DNA from: an uncultured Bacteroidota bacterium
Lineage (GTDB): Bacteria > Bacteroidota > Bacteroidia > Bacteroidales > VadinHA17
Length of the DNA stretch: 64,000 bases
Direction: 5' to 3'
NCBI GenBank assembly: GCA_963843415.1
Contig: CAWJKD010000002.1
Coordinates: 770,400-834,399, forward strand
The position numbers and the translations under genes were made by a program. The notes under the pieces are model-generated. The model saw nothing but the letters and a program-made list of their open reading frames with translations, was not told the DNA's origin and did no database searches. This document shows, in pieces, positions 54,562 to 63,542 of the stretch (its first letter is position 1; each line of letters starts with the position of its first letter).

Positions 54562-57500
54562 TCATCTTGTTTTAACAACCGGGATGCTCTTTGTAGAACC
54601 CGGAAGTGATACTCTCAGGTAATAGACAGATGGAATCAATCGCTTATCCTTTATTATTGTTTCGTTCATCCCGATTGTCACCTGCTGCTCAAATTCAATA
54701 ATCTTTTTACCCAGTGCATTTATCAGAGTAATATTTGCTGTCCCTTCAACTTCTGAATTAATAACTATATTCAGTTCCTCATTGAAAGGATTTGGAAATA
54801 CAAGCAATGGTTCGTCAAGGTCGTTGTTCTCAATATGAATTGACAGTGTATCGTTAAGCAGATTTTCATCACCGTTATCAAAACTATAAACAACAATATC
54901 GTACATCCCGTATCGTGAAAGATTTGCCAACGATTTGAAAGTTATCTCAACAGAATCATAAGAAGGATAAAGTTTCTCAGTGAAATGCTGATTGATGAGA
55001 GATCCTTCATTTACCCGGTATGCGAGGTTAAAGCCATCTATTGTATCAGGTCCGAGGTTTAAAAGCTTTACCGTAACTAGTTCTCTTCCAAGGTTTTCAG
55101 ATTGAGCTGGTGATGCAATCCTGGCCGTAATAATATCTTTATGCAAATAACTTACAGAGCCCTTTAAAGTAAAATCAATCATATCGATCATTGCGCAATC
55201 ATTGCCGCCTGAAATTGACACATCTTTTTTGTAGAGCCATTCAAGCTTATTATAACCCGCTGAGACACCAATAGACTTCTTTTCCCACAATGTTTCTCCT
55301 GATTTCTTAAAGACCTCGACATCATTGATTTTAAAGATCAGAAAATCACAATCTGCTTCAGACGAGACCTTATAGTTAAACTTAATAGAGTCATCTTTTG
55401 AATAATATGTTTTCATAATCAAAGAGGAAGAACTGTTGTGGGGTATATAACCTGATCTGGCTGCAAGGATACCATCAGTGGTGTTGGATTCAGTTATTAT
55501 CCATGGTTTTGGGCTTATGTTGATCCACGGGAAAAGCCTGAAAGAGGAGGTTTCAAAAGACTCTCTGATTCGTCCTATCCTGAAAGAGAAATTCTTATTC
55601 ACAAAATACGGATCGCAGTTGAGCAACGCGGTGACAGTAACTGTCGAACCGGAGCCGATTGTTGTTGATAAATCCACCAGAACTGGAATTTCAAATGTTT
55701 CACCAAACAGGAGATCGCCTGAGTTTTTACTTGGTTCAAGAATTGTAATACCTTCATCTGAACTTGTCAGATTAAGTTTTCCGGCAGTGCTGGCACTTCC
55801 GGTATTGCGAACCCTGAAGATAAGCTTAAATGTTTCTCCGGGATCGGCAATCATATCACCATTCCCTGAATCTGAATCGTCCAGCACGCAGCTGATTATA
55901 TCCAGCTCAGGCGCGTGAATAATTATATCAATTTTATAATGCTTTTCAGCTGCATCATCTTTTAATATAAGATCCAGAGTTATCATCCCGTTATCCGGAA
56001 TATTCTCGTCAATTGTTAATGCCAGATCGTCGCTTAATACAATTTCACTTCCGGAAGTCAAAGTGCCTATGAAGATGTAATTCTTGTTTATAGTTACCCA
56101 TCCGGAAGCTGAAGATATTCTTGCCGAAAGATTCTTGGCATCTTTGGATCCCAGATTCTTTAAAGTCATGCCGAGGTAAATGGATTCACCAAAATCGGCC
56201 AGCCCGTTATTATTCCCGTTGATATCGTTTATCTCGGTCTTGGTCAGATTAATAAATTCCTTACTGATGTCGGAAAAATAAACTGTTTTTATAAGCGGAA
56301 CTTTGTTCTGACCGGTTATTACTATCAGGCAAGAATCACCTTTAACAGAAGGTATATCCAGGGTTACAGATCCTGACGGACTAACGAATGATGCATCCCA
56401 GAGTGTATCAAAATTTGATATGGCAACATATGAAAAAGGATCTGCCGTAAAAGAATAAGAGTTAATTGTGGTCGGCAGGGTGTCAGGGAAATTAACATTA
56501 AATGTTCCCGGAGTACCGAGGATTGGTATAAGGCTTGGATCGCCTACCAGATTATATGTTTCCCAGTAATATTTTTTCCGTGAACTTGTGCTCGCGCTTA
56601 CTGCAAGGTTACCTGCATAGTTTACCTGACCCATTGTATAGTACCATTCTGAGGCCGGTTCACCGTGTGTATGAAATAAACGGTCGTATGCACCCAGCCC
56701 GGTCGTTTCATATTTTGGATCTTCAGATGGTGACGAAACACCAACTGTCCAGTAGAAATCCTCATACCAGTATGAATCGTTTGAGCATCCTATAAATCCG
56801 ATTGCTCCTTTATCCTTTGAAACAACCATCCTGTTACCTAATGAGCTGACATCAAATTTTGAAGTCAGACAGGCATTACTTATGACAAAGGGGTACATGT
56901 TGCTGTTTGTCAGTTTTCTGACATCTGATGTGTCTATGTTAAGCCCCAGCCATGCTACGGCTGATCCATGTCCTGAATAATTTACGAATGATACACCATT
57001 ATTTATTATTTTTTTTATGGAATCTTCATGTGCAGGTTGTGTCTGCGGGTAATAAAAATGGTATCCTTTAATTTTATTATCCTGATTCAGGTAATTTGTT
57101 ATTGCATACCTCACCTGTCCGTTCATGAAAGTTGAATAGGTAGCGTCGTACCCGGCGGTAACCAGTCCGTTCGAATAGAATTTATTTGTATCGGCGAATT
57201 CAAATCTCTCGTATTGTATAATTTTCTTTAATACTGATTTTAGTTCCGTTGTGTCTTTAACAGGTAATCTGCCAATGAGCATTTCGGGAATATAGTCACC
57301 GTTCCCGTCGAATTCACCGTAATATAAATCCGTAACCTGCCCTGTGCCGTACTTCGGAACTTTTGAAACATCCCCGATAATCAATATATACTCAGGAGGA
57401 GGATCATCGTCTGTTGATGAATTATAAATATTTGTCAGAGTGTTTTTAATTGCTGCGTAGTCTTCTCCCGCATATTTGGCACCTCTGTATAAAACATCCA

Positions 57501-58311
57501 TTTTGAAACCTTTCTGCACCTTCCATTTAATAAAAGGGTCAAGGAATTTCCTGAAAGTTGTATCTGTCAGAATCACCATTTTCACTGGCCGGTCAGAGTA
57601 ACCAGGGACAACATCTTCCGGATAATAGTTTGACAAACCCTTATTTAGCAATGTGTTGAATGTAAAAGTCTCCGGGAGAAATGTTGTGGAACCTGAAAAA
57701 ATGATCTCAATCTTCATGGATGTGATAACCTCAATCTGGTTCGAAGATGGATTATACCTGGCAGGTGAGATTACAAGGCATGCAAGTTGCTTTTGTCTCA
57801 CAGTTCCAACAGATTCAATTCTGACTGTATCAGATTTAATTAATTCACGCGAAGCATAAATGTTTTTGTCAATTGTAAAAGGTCTCTTTTTCTGAGGGTC
57901 TTTAGTGTCTCCTTCCTGTGCCGGGAACAGAATTCCTTTGATCTTTTTCCTTCCGGGGTCAATTTTTGACGATCTGACTTCTGTGATCTTTACCTTATAA
58001 ATATAATGTTCAGGAACTGTGATCAGACGTGTTAGTACAGGAAGCTCTGGTCTCCCTGGTATTGAGGTCTGAGTATGCCCGGGTATAATGACCCGGTAGA
58101 AAAAACCGTTATCGTTTGAGAAGCCTTCAATATCAAGGTCCGATACAGAGTAATCAATACTAATAGAATTCCCTGAGGCTATAGTATTAATAGTCTGCAA
58201 ATTATTGTTAAGATGCACTTTTTGCCTTATTACCGGCTGGCTGATGACAATCGAAGAATAAACCAGGAAAAAAACCAGTAAAATGGCTTGTTTAAATTTC
58301 CCTAAACGCAT
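54562..58311 (-). CDS. gingipain-like C25-family cysteine peptidase with T9SS C-terminal sorting domain
   Basis: Catalytic region VNYSGHGSAVAW...LTNSNMYPFVISNACLTSKF closely resembles my recollection of RgpB (VNYTGHGSETAW...LTNSNQLPFIFDVACVNGDF). The C-terminus LLVFPNPFNEEL...VYYLRV is a T9SS CTD. Confidence 0.85.
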   Translation of the reverse strand: MRLGKFKQAILLVFFLVYSSIVISQPVIRQKVHLNNNLQTINTIASGNSISIDYSVSDLDIEGFSNDNGFFYRVIIPGHTQTSIPGRPELPVLTRLITVPEHYIYKVKITEVRSSKIDPGRKKIKGILFPAQEGDTKDPQKKRPFTIDKNIYASRELIKSDTVRIESVGTVRQKQLACLVISPARYNPSSNQIEVITSMKIEIIFSGSTTFLPETFTFNTLLNKGLSNYYPEDVVPGYSDRPVKMVILTDTTFRKFLDPFIKWKVQKGFKMDVLYRGAKYAGEDYAAIKNTLTNIYNSSTDDDPPPEYILIIGDVSKVPKYGTGQVTDLYYGEFDGNGDYIPEMLIGRLPVKDTTELKSVLKKIIQYERFEFADTNKFYSNGLVTAGYDATYSTFMNGQVRYAITNYLNQDNKIKGYHFYYPQTQPAHEDSIKKIINNGVSFVNYSGHGSAVAWLGLNIDTSDVRKLTNSNMYPFVISNACLTSKFDVSSLGNRMVVSKDKGAIGFIGCSNDSYWYEDFYWTVGVSSPSEDPKYETTGLGAYDRLFHTHGEPASEWYYTMGQVNYAGNLAVSASTSSRKKYYWETYNLVGDPSLIPILGTPGTFNVNFPDTLPTTINSYSFTADPFSYVAISNFDTLWDASFVSPSGSVTLDIPSVKGDSCLIVITGQNKVPLIKTVYFSDISKEFINLTKTEINDINGNNNGLADFGESIYLGMTLKNLGSKDAKNLSARISSASGWVTINKNYIFIGTLTSGSEIVLSDDLALTIDENIPDNGMITLDLILKDDAAEKHYKIDIIIHAPELDIISCVLDDSDSGNGDMIADPGETFKLIFRVRNTGSASTAGKLNLTSSDEGITILEPSKNSGDLLFGETFEIPVLVDLSTTIGSGSTVTVTALLNCDPYFVNKNFSFRIGRIRESFETSSFRLFPWINISPKPWIITESNTTDGILAARSGYIPHNSSSSLIMKTYYSKDDSIKFNYKVSSEADCDFLIFKINDVEVFKKSGETLWEKKSIGVSAGYNKLEWLYKKDVSISGGNDCAMIDMIDFTLKGSVSYLHKDIITARIASPAQSENLGRELVTVKLLNLGPDTIDGFNLAYRVNEGSLINQHFTEKLYPSYDSVEITFKSLANLSRYGMYDIVVYSFDNGDENLLNDTLSIHIENNDLDEPLLVFPNPFNEELNIVINSEVEGTANITLINALGKKIIEFEQQVTIGMNETIIKDKRLIPSVYYLRVSLPGSTKSIPVVKTR

Positions 58312-58497
58312 CAGTGTTAATTAATTAACGCTGTAACCTAAATACCCGGGGCAAGTTATTAAAATTATTATACAAAATGAAAGTGATAATAATAAATTTG
58401 ATTAAAATGAGGAGTTTCGTACTTTTACTGCCGGTTTTGTTATGTGAATAGGCGTGCATGAACGGGCGATACAGAAAAATCTAAAATTTGATCAATT

Positions 58498-59247
58498 ATG
58501 AATTGTTTACTTACCATTTTTAAAAGAATAATGCCTGTATTAATATTCTTTACTATGACTAAAACAGTTTTCCCTCAGAATTCTCCTGCTTTTGATAAAA
58601 TCAATACATCAGCAGGTGACCTTGAAATGCATTTTATCGGACATGGATCACTTATGTTCAGGCTTGACAATTACTGCATCTTCATCGATCCTGTCCGAAC
58701 ATCAGGAAGCTACGAAAACCTCCCGAAGGCGGACCTGATCCTGGTAACGCATGACCATTATGATCATCTCGACAATCAACTGATAAAAGAGATTCGCAAA
58801 TCAGGGACTGTTTTACTATGCAATCCTGGTGCAGCGTCCAAAGCAGACAATGCAGAGGTTATTAAAGCTGGTGATAAAAGGATTGTCGATAACATTATTA
58901 TTGAAGCTGTTCCTGCTTATAATATTGTGAACATGCGTTCCCCCGGAAATCCATTTCACCCTAAAGGTGTTGGTAACGGTTATATTCTTACAATAGGGGA
59001 TAAGAGAATCTATGTTGCGGGTGATACAGAAAATATACCTGAGATGAAAGCACTGAAAGATATCTATGTTGCTTTCCTGCCTATGAACCTGCCTTATACA
59101 ATGACACCTGAAATGGTAGCAGACGCCGCTCTTGCTTTTAAGCCAAAGTTTCTGTATCCTTACCATTTCGGAGAAACCGATACAACCAAAATAGTCAGAT
59201 TATTAAGTGAGACTGATATTAAAGTGATAATCAGAAATCTAAAATAA
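58498..59247 (+). CDS. secreted MBL-fold metallo-hydrolase
   Basis: Signal peptide. HDHYDH metal motif and a later GD...... block. Confidence 0.8.
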   Translation: MNCLLTIFKRIMPVLIFFTMTKTVFPQNSPAFDKINTSAGDLEMHFIGHGSLMFRLDNYCIFIDPVRTSGSYENLPKADLILVTHDHYDHLDNQLIKEIRKSGTVLLCNPGAASKADNAEVIKAGDKRIVDNIIIEAVPAYNIVNMRSPGNPFHPKGVGNGYILTIGDKRIYVAGDTENIPEMKALKDIYVAFLPMNLPYTMTPEMVADAALAFKPKFLYPYHFGETDTTKIVRLLSETDIKVIIRNLK

Positions 59248-59253
59248 ATTTTA

Positions 59254-60441
59254 ATGAAACAGATAACCAGAAGGGGATTCGTAAAAACTGGCATTACCAG
59301 TGCCGGAGCATTAGCTGTTTCCCCGGTACTTGCGTCAGGACTTCTGCCGGATCAGGCAGAAAACATAATTTACAGGACTCTTGGTAAAACCGGCCTTAAA
59401 GTCCCTGTTATAAGCTTTGGCGTAATGCGATCCGATAATCCGAATTTGTGTAAGGCTGCTTATGAAAAAGGAATGAGGCTCTTTGATACAGCCAACGGAT
59501 ATCTGGGAGGCAACAGCGAAACAATGCTCGGTAACTTTTTTAAAGATTTCAGGAGAGATTCATTTATCATCTCAACAAAAGTGAAACCAGACTCGGACAG
59601 GGATGGAAAACCAACTGATCAGACAACACCTGAAAAGTTTCTTGAGACATTTAATGTAAGCCTTTCGAGACTTAAGATGGATTATGTTGATATTCTTTAT
59701 CTTCACGGTGTCTCCAATCCTGAATTAATTCTTTATAAACCGCTTATTTCTACTGTCCAAAAGCTGAAGAAAGACGGAAAAATCAAATTCTTTGGATTTT
59801 CAACTCACAGCAATGAACCCCTCGTCATAAGCACAGCAGCCGAAAGTGATACATTTGATGTTATTCTTACAACTTATAATTACCGTGTTGATTATCTTGC
59901 TGAATTGCAGAGTGCAATAAAAAAGGCAGCAGCTGCAGGTATCGGTATTGTAGCAATGAAAACTCTTGCCGGCGGAGCTTTCCTTGACAGGGAAAAAACA
60001 AAACCGATGAACACGACCGCAGCACTGAAATGGGTTTTGTCAAATCCTGATATTACAACAACAATACCGGGTATGACAAGCTTCGACCAGGTCGATCTGA
60101 ATGCAAAGATCCTGGCTGATATAAGTCTTACCGATAAGGAAAGGAGCGACCTGATAGCTTCAAATGCTGAACCAGGACTTTTCTGTTCAGGCTGCAGGCA
60201 ATGTTTGAGTGACTGCCCAAATAACCTGCCGATACCCGGTCTGATGCGTGCATATATGTATGCCTACGGTTATTCCAGCCCTATGATGGCCAAGACTTTT
60301 ATAAGTGAAATGGGAATAACAGATAATCCTTGCACTGATTGTGATATTTGTAAAGTCAGGTGCTCCAGAAATTTTGATATCAAAGAGAAGATCAGTGATG
60401 TTTCCAGACTTTTAAATGTACCTTCAGACTTCCTGACCTGA
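59254..60441 (+). CDS. Tat-signal aldo/keto reductase fused to a 2x[4Fe-4S] ferredoxin-like C-terminal module
   Basis: Twin-arginine signal TRRGFVKTGITSAGALA. AKR blocks FDTANGY and DILYLHG. Two Cys motifs, CSGCRQCLSDCP and CTDCDICKVRC. Confidence 0.85.
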   Translation: MKQITRRGFVKTGITSAGALAVSPVLASGLLPDQAENIIYRTLGKTGLKVPVISFGVMRSDNPNLCKAAYEKGMRLFDTANGYLGGNSETMLGNFFKDFRRDSFIISTKVKPDSDRDGKPTDQTTPEKFLETFNVSLSRLKMDYVDILYLHGVSNPELILYKPLISTVQKLKKDGKIKFFGFSTHSNEPLVISTAAESDTFDVILTTYNYRVDYLAELQSAIKKAAAAGIGIVAMKTLAGGAFLDREKTKPMNTTAALKWVLSNPDITTTIPGMTSFDQVDLNAKILADISLTDKERSDLIASNAEPGLFCSGCRQCLSDCPNNLPIPGLMRAYMYAYGYSSPMMAKTFISEMGITDNPCTDCDICKVRCSRNFDIKEKISDVSRLLNVPSDFLT

Positions 60442-60469
60442 TCGTTAAATTCCGTTATAAAACCAGATC

Positions 60470-61315
60470 ATGAAAAATATATTTCTATTATGCTTGCTAT
60501 TTGCTGTCTTTTCGACAACTTCAGTTGCGCAGGATATCACATATCCTCAGCTAAAAGGTTTTAAAATACTGACAAGATATCCGGTTTATGTTCCTGAAAC
60601 CCTGTGGGATTTTATCGATGGTGCAGCTGAAGGATATCTGGCACTTGGATTTGTTGATGCACATGTAGCTGAATACAAGAAGGGGAAAGAGATCATTAAG
60701 CTTGAAATTTACCGTCACAGCGATCATACGATGGCTTTTGGAATATATGCTTCGGAGCGAACACCTTCTTACAATTTCATAAATCTTGGTTCACAGGGTT
60801 ATAGCATTGATGGAGTAATAAATTTCTTTAAGGGAAATTATTATGTTAAGATCCGGACCTATTCGAAAAATGCAAAGATTCTTAAGGCAACAGAATCACT
60901 TGCGGCAATAGTGGCAGGAATGCTTGAAGGAGAAACAGAAATGCCGGCTTTGCTTTCATACTTCCCGAATGAAGGGAAGAAGCAAAATGAGGAGACCTAT
61001 ATCAATGAAAATGTTCTTGGACACGGTTACCTGAATAATGCATTCAAAGCTCTCTATCAGGAAGGGAATGATGTCTTCGGTGTCTACATTCTGAAATTCG
61101 GCTCATCACAGGAAGCAATCAAAACCGCAGTCACCTACCTGACCTCAGCAGGAGTTGAAGCAGGTCAGACTGAAACCGGGAAATATGCTTTCACTGACGG
61201 ATATAACGGTAACATATTCCTTTCCTGGAAAGACGATATGTTGGTTATTGTTTCGGATCTGGCTAAAGATCAGGCAGATATTGCAGATAAATATACCTCC
61301 GCAATTTTAAAATAA
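60470..61315 (+). CDS. hypothetical secreted protein
   Basis: Clear signal peptide (LLFAVFSTTSVAQ). I recognise no motif. Confidence 0.5.
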   Translation: MKNIFLLCLLFAVFSTTSVAQDITYPQLKGFKILTRYPVYVPETLWDFIDGAAEGYLALGFVDAHVAEYKKGKEIIKLEIYRHSDHTMAFGIYASERTPSYNFINLGSQGYSIDGVINFFKGNYYVKIRTYSKNAKILKATESLAAIVAGMLEGETEMPALLSYFPNEGKKQNEETYINENVLGHGYLNNAFKALYQEGNDVFGVYILKFGSSQEAIKTAVTYLTSAGVEAGQTETGKYAFTDGYNGNIFLSWKDDMLVIVSDLAKDQADIADKYTSAILK

Positions 61316-61318
61316 GTA

Positions 61319-62863
61319 TCAGCCGAACCAGGGTCTTTGCCTCTCCTTGATTCCTGCCAGTACTTCACAGACAGTATTAATATCATCAACTATCTGGAAG
61401 TCGAACATACCGACACAGATAAAATCAGCCCCGTTTTCAAATGCGAACCGGAAGCCGTTCTTTGGGGCAATGGCCCCGCCGGCAAGGACCTTGAATGCGA
61501 TCCAGGGCTTCTTGATCTCCCTCATATACTGAGTGGTAACATCGGGAAACAGATCAAAAATATTATCATGGATCATATTATGATTAACTGACTTTTTTAT
61601 GTCAACACTGAAGGGTTCCCTCTGAGACACCGGATGAGCTGACCAGTAATTGTCATGGTGAAAAGTTTTAACATAAAAATCATTTGGAATTCCCTCTTTT
61701 TCGCAGGCTTGAACCACTTCGATCGCATGACAACCGACTCCTGCCATGTAACCTTTTTTCTTAATATATTCAACAGCTGTTGCAATCCCGGCGATCTTAC
61801 CATCCTTAACGTAGCGGTCAGCATACCCGCCCTGTATATATAGAGCTGTGGCGCCGTTACCTATTGCCCTGTCTATATCTCCGTAAAAGTTTTCAGCTAT
61901 AAGATCCGTCTGACAGATTGATTGCATTTTGCTTCCATACAGCTTTAGATATTTATTGAAGATCGGGTAATTAGGACTGGTAAGAAAAGCAGTATTTATT
62001 CCTGCCATTTCAGCCAGATGGAATGTTTCAAGTATTTTCTGATCGGTATTATAAGCTTTAAAGAGAGTATTGGCATAGATCAGGTCGCGCGCATGAGCAT
62101 AACCGCTAATAAGATTGCAACCCATTATCATTCTGCTGATTTCCAGGTTTCCCAGCTTCCCTTTAGGGAGCTCGCCTTTAAGATCGGAAACATGTTTATA
62201 CGTGACTCTTGGTGTTGTTGCACTTGAAATCGCATCCGCTCCGGGCTTAGGCAAATTATTCAGAAAAACTCCTGTAAATCCTGCCAGGAAGGGCAACCCT
62301 GCCAGTCCTTTCAGAAGTTCCCTTCTTTTATTGTTTTCAGTTAAAGTGATTAATTCTGTCTTTTCTGTTGCAGACTCTTTATTGCTATACTTCATCCGGA
62401 GGATTTTATCCAATCCGAAAAATTCTCCCGAACGCGAAAAGGAAAGCAGAAGAAGACATGCAAGCTCAATAATATTTTTATTAACTATTAGATAATTACC
62501 TTCACCGCCTGCACCATAACTAAATCCTCCGAAAGGCGGATATGCCAGGTAATAGAAAGTCAGCATTATAGCCCCTGCCCACGATGCCATCTTTGTGAAT
62601 AAGCCAATGATCAGTGCCATCCCTACAAGTGTTAAGCCCCAGGCGTTAGCCAGATCAATTAACTGCAGAGATAAGTTGCCCGAGGCTATCCACCGGAACA
62701 TATCACCGAAAATCCACCTTGATCCCTCAAGATAAGGTCTGGCTGTCCAGTTGGGATCTATCAGTTTTATTAGACCTTCATATAAAAAATGCCAGCCTAT
62801 GATTATTCGTAATAGTGCCAGCAATGACGGAATGGCTTTATTTTTAAGGTAAGTCTGATCCAT
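61319..62863 (-). CDS. DoxX-family membrane domain fused to a ~310 aa soluble domain via a Tat-signal-like segment
   Basis: N-terminus LLRIIIGWHFLYEG (DoxX) with four TM segments. An internal KRRELLKGLAGLPFLAGF at residues ~179-196. The C-terminal domain has an AFKVLAGGAI block. Confidence 0.7.
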   Translation of the reverse strand: MDQTYLKNKAIPSLLALLRIIIGWHFLYEGLIKLIDPNWTARPYLEGSRWIFGDMFRWIASGNLSLQLIDLANAWGLTLVGMALIIGLFTKMASWAGAIMLTFYYLAYPPFGGFSYGAGGEGNYLIVNKNIIELACLLLLSFSRSGEFFGLDKILRMKYSNKESATEKTELITLTENNKRRELLKGLAGLPFLAGFTGVFLNNLPKPGADAISSATTPRVTYKHVSDLKGELPKGKLGNLEISRMIMGCNLISGYAHARDLIYANTLFKAYNTDQKILETFHLAEMAGINTAFLTSPNYPIFNKYLKLYGSKMQSICQTDLIAENFYGDIDRAIGNGATALYIQGGYADRYVKDGKIAGIATAVEYIKKKGYMAGVGCHAIEVVQACEKEGIPNDFYVKTFHHDNYWSAHPVSQREPFSVDIKKSVNHNMIHDNIFDLFPDVTTQYMREIKKPWIAFKVLAGGAIAPKNGFRFAFENGADFICVGMFDFQIVDDINTVCEVLAGIKERQRPWFG

Positions 62864-62933
62864 ATTTTGGTAATTTAGTATCCCTTACCGGGATGTATCA
62901 GACAAATATACCAAAATAATAAATTCAGCTGTT

Positions 62934-63542
62934 CTATTGGTTTTCGAGTTCCGCGGAGATGATTTTTTTGAGTTCATCATAAGAACCTGTGACAGGAAGA
63001 TCTCCGTTATCATTCACAACATTCTGAGGTGGCCGGTAAAGTATACCTTTCTCTGCCTGCCTGAGCATGTTGATGTCATTATATGAATCTCCGACTGCAA
63101 TTACCTTGTAATTAAGGTTTTGTAACGCTTCGACAGCCTTCTTTTTGCCATCATGCTGACGAAGATTGTAATTCACGATATTGCCGAGATGGTCAATTGA
63201 CAGAGAATTGCAAAAGAGGGTAGGGCTGCCCAATTTCTCCATGATCGGATGAGCAAATTCAGAGTAAGTGTCGGAAACGACTATCAGCTCCATTCTTTTT
63301 CTGAGCCAGGTAATGAACTCAACAGCTCCGGGAAGGGGTTTAATGTTTGCTATCACCTGTTGTATTACATGGATTGTAAGCCTGTTCTGACGAAGAATTT
63401 CAAGCCTCCTTTTCATTAATATATCATAATCGTTAATATCACGGGTTGTAAGTTTTAGTTCATCAATTCCGGTATATTTAGAAACATTTATCCAGATTTC
63501 CGGAACAAAAACTCCTTCCAGGTCAGCACATACTATATACAT
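62934..63542 (-). CDS. thrH: bifunctional phosphoserine phosphatase / homoserine phosphotransferase
   Basis: ADLEGVFVPEIWI....TGI..LK.TTRDI.DYD.LM..RL and GDSYND closely match my recollection of Pseudomonas ThrH. Confidence 0.85.
   Translation of the reverse strand: MYIVCADLEGVFVPEIWINVSKYTGIDELKLTTRDINDYDILMKRRLEILRQNRLTIHVIQQVIANIKPLPGAVEFITWLRKRMELIVVSDTYSEFAHPIMEKLGSPTLFCNSLSIDHLGNIVNYNLRQHDGKKKAVEALQNLNYKVIAVGDSYNDINMLRQAEKGILYRPPQNVVNDNGDLPVTGSYDELKKIISAELENQ

Noticed and set aside
55478-55918. 146-aa plus-strand ORF
   Set aside because: It lies antisense within the C25 peptidase gene. It is a shadow ORF.
54562-58311. Calling the C25 protein the T9SS sortase PorU
   Set aside because: The N-terminal gingipain-propeptide-like region and RgpB-like catalytic blocks fit a cargo protease better. 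No porV neighbour is present. I cannot exclude PorU without a profile search.
58376-58450. 24-codon small ORF (MKVIIINLIKMRSFVLLLPVLLCE) in the 186-nt spacer upstream of the MBL hydrolase gene
   Set aside because: It looks like a signal-peptide fragment, but it is very short, has no obvious promoter box, and is unsupported by anything else. It is probably chance or a gene remnant.
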